DNA from: an uncultured Deferribacteres bacterium
GTDB lineage: Bacteria > Zhuqueibacterota > Zhuqueibacteria > Zhuqueibacterales > Geothermadaptataceae
Direction of reading: 5' to 3'
Assembly (NCBI GenBank): GCA_964014485.1
Contig: CAXHAT010000155.1
Location: 1-19,077, forward strand
DNA: 19,077 nt
Shown here: piece by piece, positions 17,401 through 19,077 of the stretch
Position numbering within the stretch: the first letter of the stretch is position 1
Layout: each line of letters opens with the position of its first letter
Program-made: the position numbers and the translations under genes
Notes under the pieces: generated by a model
Seen by the model: the letters and a program-made list of their open reading frames with translations, nothing else
Told to the model about the DNA's origin: nothing
Databases searched by the model: none

Positions 17401-17949
17401 ATTGCTGACGGAATTTCCGGCTCCGCCGCCTATCGTTGCCAGATGGCTTGTACCTGTTATTGTATTAACATTGCCGGACAAACCGCCGCCGCCAATCGTG
17501 GCGCCAATAATTCCGGGACTGACCGTATTGCCGCTAAAACCACCGATAACGTTAGGCGAAGAAGTGCCGGGGCCAAGTTCTGCATACTCCAGCCGCAAGC
17601 CGCGCACATTGTTGACCCGGAAATTCAGCGGCACATTGTCGGTGGTGCCGATAAAATTCGTGCCGTCCACCGTGCCGGCGTTGCCGGTCAAACTCCAGCC
17701 GGTTGCACCGCCGCTCGTGAGCAATTGCGCGCCGTTCCAGTAGAGCGAGCCGCCAATGTTGTAGAGTTTGTTGGTAAAACTCGACGGCGCCGCGCCGAGG
17801 CCCATGAGCGTTAGCGATCCGGCGGTTCCTTCGTCTTCCACTTTCATCAAAACGTTGCTGTCGGCGTCTTTGACTTCCATTTTGTCCTGCGCTTGTGCAA
17901 TGGCAGTCAGCAGTAGCAGCGGCAGTAACGTACGGACGAGTCGTTGCAT
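14479..17949 (-). CDS. Signal-peptide-bearing mosaic trimeric fibre/adhesin (1156 aa) with C-terminal Peptidase_S74 intramolecular chaperone and coiled coil
   Basis: AGGAG RBS and ATG at 17949: MQRLVRTLLPLLLLTAIAQA-Q. 14-aa GG..N.A beta-roll repeats, FVGDGS x6, GNVGIG...P units. C-terminus PSSRRWKTNI...LRGVTYDWK...IGLIAEEV...PEIV...VDYPRLVAVLIEAVKEL. Confidence 0.88.
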   Translation of the reverse strand: MQRLVRTLLPLLLLTAIAQAQDKMEVKDADSNVLMKVEDEGTAGSLTLMGLGAAPSSFTNKLYNIGGSLYWNGAQLLTSGGATGWSLTGNAGTVDGTNFIGTTDNVPLNFRVNNVRGLRLEYAELGPGTSSPNVIGGFSGNTVSPGIIGATIGGGGLSGNVNTITGTSHLATIGGGAGNSVSNISATIAGGNDNTASGESAAVSGGEDNIASGNFAFVGGGRRNEASNIEATVSGGNDNKASGDGSTVIGGLDNIASGLRSVVAGGSFNSAAASNSFAGGELAKANHRGTFVWSDDKTSVAADSFYSTANYQFLIRADGGVGINKNNPATALDVNGTVTANKFVGDGSELTGIAAPGDDLGNHTATQTLDLAANDITNGGTVTAAAFVGDGSGLTGIAASGDDLGDHTATQALDLAANDITNGGTVTAAAFVGDGSGLTNLPPGNGWSLTGNAGTDTTVNFIGTTDDMPLDFRVNNVRFLRLEYAGAGSSIQPNVIGGAPQNNVSSGSYNATISGGFTNSVTGSGGTISGGASNTADINANVGGGTFNTANGLFSAVGGGNQNVASGQYSVAPGGVLNEAGGDFSFAAGNRAQANHKGAFVWADGTNTAFTSTAANQFLVRAGNGVGINKNNPATALDVNGTVTATAFVGDGSGLTGITAPGDDLGNHTATQTLDLNTNDITNGGTVTAAAFVGDGSGLTGISGDDLGNHTAAQALNLNGNYLSGDGDSEGVFVDNSGNVGIGTTTPVAPLTILGNGATKVVGITQNQVGGISTMELTTNDQSNNQATRLLFRGNLNNADTEFYTGARGSESMTMTIKGSGNVGIGTTTPTSRLDVSGTVTATAFVGDGSALTGIAGDNLGNHTVTQTLNLNGNRLSGDGDNEGVFVDGTGKVAVGSFSSSPAADLHVFGAGSVVQALSSSGLNANAEFMLSENTGVSQGMVLRYNGAADRFDILGKNGSESGPHLSIERDSGRIGVGTAAPTNAFSVAGSADFTGNVGIGVNNPTEKLHVNGNALADAHTTPSSRRWKTNIQTINNALETVQQLRGVTYDWKETGKHDIGLIAEEVGAVIPEIVAYEENGVDAKSVDYPRLVAVLIEAVKELKQENDTLKTQNDSLTKEVASLNGLQAKVAQIEVALRQMNANSTVKLTTQTIDE

Positions 17950-17975
17950 TTCGGGTCTCCTGTTTTTGATTGGAT

Positions 17976-18041
17976 TCACCCCGTGGAATATCTTGATTTT
18001 GTCTGGTCAAGAAATTTCAGATTTAGCATTCCACGGGGTGA
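17976..18041. repeat. 66-bp element bounded by perfect 14-bp inverted repeats
   Basis: TCACCCCGTGGAAT (17976-17989) and ATTCCACGGGGTGA (18028-18041). Confidence 0.65.
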
Positions 18042-18090
18042 GCAAGATCGACCGGATTAAAAAAATCCTGTTCATCCAGTTGATCCCGTC
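18040..18090. repeat. 9-bp-unit palindrome (copy 2), just downstream of fibre gene 2
   Basis: GAGCAAGAT CGACCGGAT - 7 nt - ATCCTGTTC ATCCAGTTG ATCCCGTC, homologous to 14421-14471. Confidence 0.7.
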
Positions 18091-18098
18091 AAAGAAAA

Positions 18099-19031
18099 TT
18101 ATTCGTCGATTGTTTTGGTCGTCAATTTCACGGTCGTGTTGGCGTTCATTTTCCGCAGCGCCGTCTCGATCCGCGCGACTTTGGCTTCCAGGCCGTTCAG
18201 CGCGACGACTTGCTTGTTGAGCGCGTCATTTTCCTGCTTGAGCTCTTTGACTGCTTCGATCAAAACCGCCACCAAGCGCGGATAATCCACCGATTTGGCG
18301 TCAACGCCGTTTTCTTCGTAGGCCACGATTTCGGGAATGACCGCGCCGACTTCTTCAGCGATCAGGCCGACGTCGCGCTTGCCGGTTTCCTTCCAGTCGT
18401 AGGTGACGCCGCGCAATTCCTGCACGGTTTCGAGCGCATTATCGATGGTTTGAATATTGGTTTTCCAGCGTCGTGAGCTGGGCGTGGTGTGCGCGTCCGC
18501 CAAGGCGTTGCCGTTGACATGCAGCGCTTCGCTCGGAGCATTCGTCCCAATTCCTACACCGCCGGCCGCGCGAATAAGGAATTGTTGAGGGGCGGTCGAT
18601 TCAAAATTTGTATTTCCATTATCTGCCCAGACGAAGGCGCCGTTATGGTTCGCTTTGGCGAATTGGCCCGCGGCGAGACTGAAATCTCCATTAGCTTCAT
18701 TCTCATCACCACCGAGCGTAGTAGAAAGCCGGCCTGATGCGACGTTGCCAAATCCGCCAATGACGGCGGCGTAGTCTCCCGTTGCAAAGTTGTCCCCTCC
18801 GCCGGAAACCGTCCCTCCTGTACCCGCCTCGTTTCTACTGCCGCCGCCAATTGTTCCAAAATTACCCGTGACTTGATTTGCCACGCCGGTGTCAAAGAGA
18901 CCGCCTCCGGAAATCGTTGCGCCATACACGCCGGCCGTAACCTGATTCCCTGGCGCGCCGCCAATGACATTCGGCAAAAGGTGACCGGAGATTTCGTTAT
19001 GTTCAAAGCGCATGGCGCGAGCATTATTGAC
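18099..19031 (-). CDS. Second fibre paralogue with Peptidase_S74 chaperone; 5' part missing at contig end
   Basis: VNNARAMRFE...PNVIGG, GG..N.A repeats, ANHNGAFVWAD, and an S74 domain nearly identical to that of 14479-17949. The ORF-track N-terminus MQWSLVGSEMCIRD is translated adapter. Confidence 0.88.
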   Translation of the reverse strand, partial: VNNARAMRFEHNEISGHLLPNVIGGAPGNQVTAGVYGATISGGGLFDTGVANQVTGNFGTIGGGSRNEAGTGGTVSGGGDNFATGDYAAVIGGFGNVASGRLSTTLGGDENEANGDFSLAAGQFAKANHNGAFVWADNGNTNFESTAPQQFLIRAAGGVGIGTNAPSEALHVNGNALADAHTTPSSRRWKTNIQTIDNALETVQELRGVTYDWKETGKRDVGLIAEEVGAVIPEIVAYEENGVDAKSVDYPRLVAVLIEAVKELKQENDALNKQVVALNGLEAKVARIETALRKMNANTTVKLTTKTIDE

Positions 19032-19032
19032 C

Positions 19033-19077
19033 CTGTCTCTTATACACATCTCCGAGCCCACGAGACTCCATTGCATC
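19033..19077 (+). other. Illumina Nextera adapter contamination (Tn5 mosaic end + read-2 adapter + 8-nt index + start of P7)
   Basis: CTGTCTCTTATACACATCT (19033-19051) CCGAGCCCACGAGAC (19052-19066) TCCATTGC ATC. Confidence 0.98.

Noticed and set aside
14479..18525. Diversity-generating retroelement TR/VR pair (duplicated 3' ends)
   Set aside because: Both copies are coding, differences are largely synonymous and not adenine-restricted, and there is no reverse transcriptase in the window.
14479..19031. Prophage or contractile injection system tail-fibre locus
   Set aside because: No capsid, baseplate, sheath, terminase or integrase genes in the window, and the complete fibre has a Sec signal peptide. 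The region beyond the contig end cannot be seen.
19033..19051. Genuine Tn5/IS50 end
   Set aside because: It is the synthetic mosaic end followed by Illumina adapter and index sequence.

Overview
Bacterial genomic or metagenomic contig end, probably an FCB-superphylum lineage such as KSB1 or Calditrichota (inferred only from the 'YPNPFNP...KLLLMK' FlgD-like C-terminal sorting domains). The left half (1-9 kb) is metabolic: partial Leu/Phe/Val dehydrogenase, class I-type HMG-CoA reductase with an extra N-terminal domain, AAA ATPase, SDR, PLP dehydratase, small membrane and hypothetical genes, a VanZ-like protein and a secreted metallophosphoesterase. Its 3.3-3.9 kb intergenic gap holds a 141-bp MITE and a REP-doublet element. 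The right half (9-19 kb) is an accessory surface-protein island. On the minus strand it carries two tandem mosaic trimeric-fibre genes with Peptidase_S74 autocleaving chaperones (the complete one has a signal peptide), a sorting-domain partner protein, a beta-helix lipoprotein and an internally deleted remnant. Three plus-strand toxin-antitoxin-type modules (PemK/MazF pair, MNT-HEPN pair, orphan RHH) sit in the successive gaps. The last 45 nt are Nextera adapter contamination.
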